Below are positions 63,966 through 64,000 of a DNA stretch of 64,000 nt, piece by piece. The stretch comes from Camelus ferus (lineage: Eukaryota): the NCBI RefSeq assembly GCF_009834535.1, contig NC_045696.1, positions 70,124,001-70,188,000 on the forward strand, in the 5' to 3' direction. Every line of letters starts with the position of its first letter. Position 1 is the stretch's first letter. The translations under genes were made by a program, and so were the position numbers. Under the pieces are notes generated by a model, which did not search any database, had not been told where the DNA came from, and was given only the letters and a program-made list of their open reading frames with translations.

Positions 63966-64000
63966 TCTAGAGATATTAAACCAAGTCCCATCATCACAAG

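Noticed and set aside
1..64000. CRISPR arrays, rRNA, prokaryotic operons or defence systems
   Set aside because: Eukaryotic intronic DNA; no repeat-spacer arrays or such genes seen.

Overview
Mammalian genomic DNA, most likely camelid, judged from several Vic-1-like tRNA-derived SINEs. The window holds the 5' half of MAP3K13 (LZK, leucine-zipper-bearing kinase) on the minus strand. A non-coding exon 1 and a CRE/CCAAT promoter sit near 60.2-60.6 kb, followed by a ~42 kb repeat-rich intron 1. Six coding exons (17262-17736, 11543-11726, 7117-7308, 3813-3971, 1860-2018, 1143-1251) splice in frame to encode residues 1-426, including the whole kinase domain; the gene continues beyond position 1. 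The unexpected observation is on the + strand. MAP3K13 introns 2-7 contain a dense chain of about 25 exon-like units with AG/GT(GC) boundaries whose splice phases mostly chain together. They translate into a protein-like, Cys- and N-glycosylation-sequon-containing sequence interrupted by scattered stop codons. This looks like a decayed multi-exon gene (unitary pseudogene) nested antisense inside MAP3K13, and I cannot assign it to a known family. The exon model was built by eye and needs comparative confirmation. The MAP3K13 5' leader also carries 4-5 uORFs. The rest of the window is ordinary L1, L2, MIR, MLT and MER/Tigger fossils.
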